Shown here: in pieces, positions 61,489 to 64,000 of the stretch
Layout of the letters: each line of letters starts with the position of its first letter
How positions within the stretch are numbered: position 1 is the stretch's first letter
NCBI GenBank assembly: GCA_030704615.1
Contig: CM060732.1
Coordinates: forward strand, 75,206,001 to 75,270,000
Length of the DNA: 64,000 nt
Source: Takakia lepidozioides
Taxonomy: Eukaryota; Plantae; Bryophyta
Reading direction: 5' to 3'
Position numbers and translations under genes: made by a program
The notes under the pieces: model-generated
Seen by the model: only the letters and a program-made list of their open reading frames with translations
Told to the model about the DNA's origin: nothing
Databases searched by the model: none

Positions 61489-62447
61489 AGTGAATGTCGG
61501 TACCGACCATCAGTCTGTCTTGTCTCAAATCAAAGTGAATGGCGGCAACGACATTCACAACCATCTACACAAACAAAGCTGATACACACGGATGCAAACC
61601 AAGACACCATGACTATATAGTGATGGTTGGTACCGACAATCACTATGTTTTTGGGCAAACAGGTACAGAATGGTTCTGAGCATTAGCGAACGGCGTTAAC
61701 GACAATAAAAAAACACTACATTTGAAATACCTACAAGATCGGTTTGGTGCAAGGAAGTATATCTCATAGTGATTGGCGACACCGACACTCACTTTAGTTC
61801 GAACAGAAAGTGAGTGCACAGGTCTATGTTTTCAAAAGAATGCGATTGACGTCAATCAAAGAGACTCCATTCTGATGATCGTTAAAGACAATCACTATTT
61901 CTTGTCTGTTTTGAATGTACTTTGCAATCATTTTTAGACATGAAGCTACAGTATGGTCTCAAGAAAGGTGATTGGCAGTACCGCCATTCCTCTTCCCTAG
62001 TCTTTTCAGCTTGAAACAGAGAAAATGTAAGACAATATGACTGAATATGACAACTATCACTCTCTCTCCATGCATGCAGGTACTGGAAGCTCACGAGATG
62101 AAGCGAATGGCGTTAATGACACTCACACTATACTAGAATGGAAAAAAAATTTGTTTGGTGTAAGTCAAGACTGGATCATAGTTACTGTCGACACCGACAC
62201 TCACTTTCTGTTGTATCAGAATGAGAGTTTTGAAATGAAAGAGAGTGACATTGCCGACAATCACAGGTTCCTGTTACAGAATGAAAGAGAAAGAGTGCTG
62301 GAAAGGCAAGCAGATTGACTCTTTGATCTTAAGAATAGTGAATGGTGGTACCGCCAGTCACAAACATACGGTATGGAAAACCATAAACATAGGAGTAGAA
62401 AGCAAATCAACATGACTTCATAGTGATGGTCGGTACCGACCATCACT
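61489..62447. repeat. Intronic palindrome cluster 2 (~12 variably degenerate copies)
   Basis: Copies start near 61489, 61535, 61619, 61686, 61768, 61873, 61968, 62103, 62180, 62241, 62337 and 62422. The last is the perfect 26-bp palindrome AGTGATGGTCGGTACCGACCATCACT. Confidence 0.88.
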
Positions 62448-63751
62448 TTTTAGGTCATTTCACTCACTCACTTCGTAGATCTGTAAGCAAGAAATTGAAG
62501 AGTGGAGAACACTTACTGGCGCCTTCTTCGGTTTTGAGTTTGGATCCCCTTCTGCAACTTTCCTCTTCCCCTTCACATCTGTCAAAATTCCTGTCTGCTC
62601 TAGGGTTTGTAGACCTTCTCCCGGTTCTGCGATCCCCGGACTTCCACCTCCTTCAGTTTCCTTGCGAATCATATCTTCTTCCACAGTCTGGTTTTCAACG
62701 CTCATTGTTCCCTCTGGCTGTGTGACAACTGCAGCCTCATTCTCGGTCTGCTCTTGTGTTGCAGTCTCCATGTTCACCTGCTGCCGTGGCCCTGTGTTCT
62801 CTATCAAACGACGCCTCGTCATTTTCTCTCTTGCTCTGAGTCTCTCTCTACGGGAAGTAAAATAAAGTGACTTCTTTCTCCTTCGTATCGTAGAGGGAAC
62901 CCTCTTCAGCTTAACTACCTCTCTCCCTCTAAGTGCAGAAACAAGAAAGACAAAGTGACTCTCGATTTCTTGCGGAGTTGCGTGCGTTGGGGATTGTCTC
63001 TAGAACCATCGGATTCCATCTCGCTCGACCGTTACACAAATGTCATTCTCTTATTAGTGCACCTGCCTGCCATTGGTGGACAGCTGTTCGTCTGCAATGT
63101 AGTTATCGATGTCTGACGTATATCGCCCAAAATGAACGGCTTGTCGTTTATTTTGGGGGTTTCAATAATTGAATATAACAACGACAAATATTATAAATGA
63201 ATACAATATTTTAAATAGAAAATTAGTTGGTCTGGCTGCTCAACTTCAATCAATGCCTATGCCATCAGAACCATGGCACCATGAAATATGGGGCCATCTG
63301 GCGCACAATCTCAGACAAATATATGTAAGTGAACGAGTGTTTAAGGACAAATTTCTGGATATTATACACATTCATCCTTGTAAGCCCACCCCACGTTCGT
63401 TTCACAGTTTGGACTTTCCACGTGCGCATGATCAATGATACTGTTATAAAGATGCATTTACTTCATCTGCTATCCCATCCTCAGATCCTCACAAGCACAC
63501 TTCTGAGAAGTTGGCTGGTTATTATGATAATTGATGACGTTCTGAATAAAGGTTTAACAGCTAACGAAATTGCTCCTAGGGATACTCTGTCTACAGGGCC
63601 CACATTAAGAGTAATTAAAATGGACGGCTGCATGTCTGGAAGAGCTTGATAGAGGCAAAAAATAACAAAATGTGCACAATCATCTTGTGTACTTTCTCCG
63701 CGATATTCTGTGCTCATTCTTCAACAATGTTTTGAAGACCTCAGTCAACAG

Positions 63752-64000
63752 ATTTCATTGAAGAGCTGCAATAGCAAGGGATCTTCGTACGAGAGGAGAC
63801 AAGAAGCAGAGTTCTTCTCTGACGATAAACCAGTGCCGTTCTCCAAGGAAGCCCTTGACAATGGATTCGCAATTGTTCTGGAACATGTCTTGGCTACCCG
63901 GTTTGAGCTTCAGAATGGCTCCATCTTCTTGGAGAAAGAGGTGTACGATTTGGACGGGAAGTTGTTGAAATACTCTTTCCAAAACCGTGATGAGACAGCT
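63752..64000 (+). other. Open reading frame running off the window end, unidentified
   Basis: Stop-free frame ISLKSCNSKGSSYERRQEAEFFSDDKPVPFSKEALDNGFAIVLEHVLATRFELQNGSIFLEKEVYDLDGKLLKYSFQNRDETA after a possible acceptor CAG. No motif recognised. Confidence 0.3.

Larger units (their letters stand above)
58057..62822 (-). pseudogene. Multi-exon gene with ParB/Srx-like domain and possible amino-(N4C/N6A)-methyltransferase-like C-terminus, truncated by the CACTA end
   Basis: GT-AG-bounded exons ~62822-62517, 61471-60817, 60720-60528, ~60444-59730, 59093-58421 and 58307-58057. FYVWDGNHRLLAW (DGNHR at 60951-60965), a KE-rich tract, and a last exon ADMVILDILNG*AVP..PSWN..VFRFCNNFLSDAGTLLLF. In-frame stops at 60205-60210 and 58224-58226. 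Confidence 0.7.

Noticed and set aside
59364-62447. Palindromic repeats with unique spacers resembling a CRISPR array
   Set aside because: Eukaryotic intronic context, degenerate repeats, irregular spacing and no cas genes. Kept as a binding-site or hairpin array.
62472-62480. 9-nt micro-exon with good splice signals
   Set aside because: The upstream intron would be only 36 nt, and this cannot be supported without transcript data.

Overview
Eukaryotic, intron-containing land-plant DNA. The PLS/DYW-PPR style suggests a non-seed plant, probably a bryophyte, but this is inference. There is a 500-N scaffold gap at 38116-38615. The first ~9 kb holds three host genes: a small Cys/His-rich protein, a membrane-anchored alpha/beta-hydrolase-like protein and a 6-exon plastid type I signal peptidase. 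The rest is mostly transposons: (i) an 18.1-kb Foldback-like Mutator element (10487-28574, perfect 9-bp TSD) with a SWIM/DDE transposase, a Ulp1-like SUMO-protease gene, a zinc-finger ORF and a telomere-like GGGTTACA motif throughout its arms, introns and one exon; (ii) a MITE and a broken DYW-PPR gene; (iii) two copies of a Ty3/Gypsy LTR retrotransposon arranged Gag-PR-[DNMT3-type C5 DNA methyltransferase]-TAG CAA CCA-RT-RNaseH-INT-[PHD finger]; (iv) LINE 3' fragments; (v) a CACTA element hosting one Gypsy copy; (vi) a decayed multi-exon gene with a ParB/Srx-like DGNHR domain and a possible amino-methyltransferase-like C-terminus, whose introns carry ~15 copies of a 24-28-bp palindrome. The best candidates for an undescribed system are the methyltransferase/PHD Gypsy, whose in-frame TAG sits in a TMV-type readthrough context in both copies, and the ParB-like gene with parS-like intronic palindrome arrays. 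All homology calls are by eye from motifs; no searches were run.
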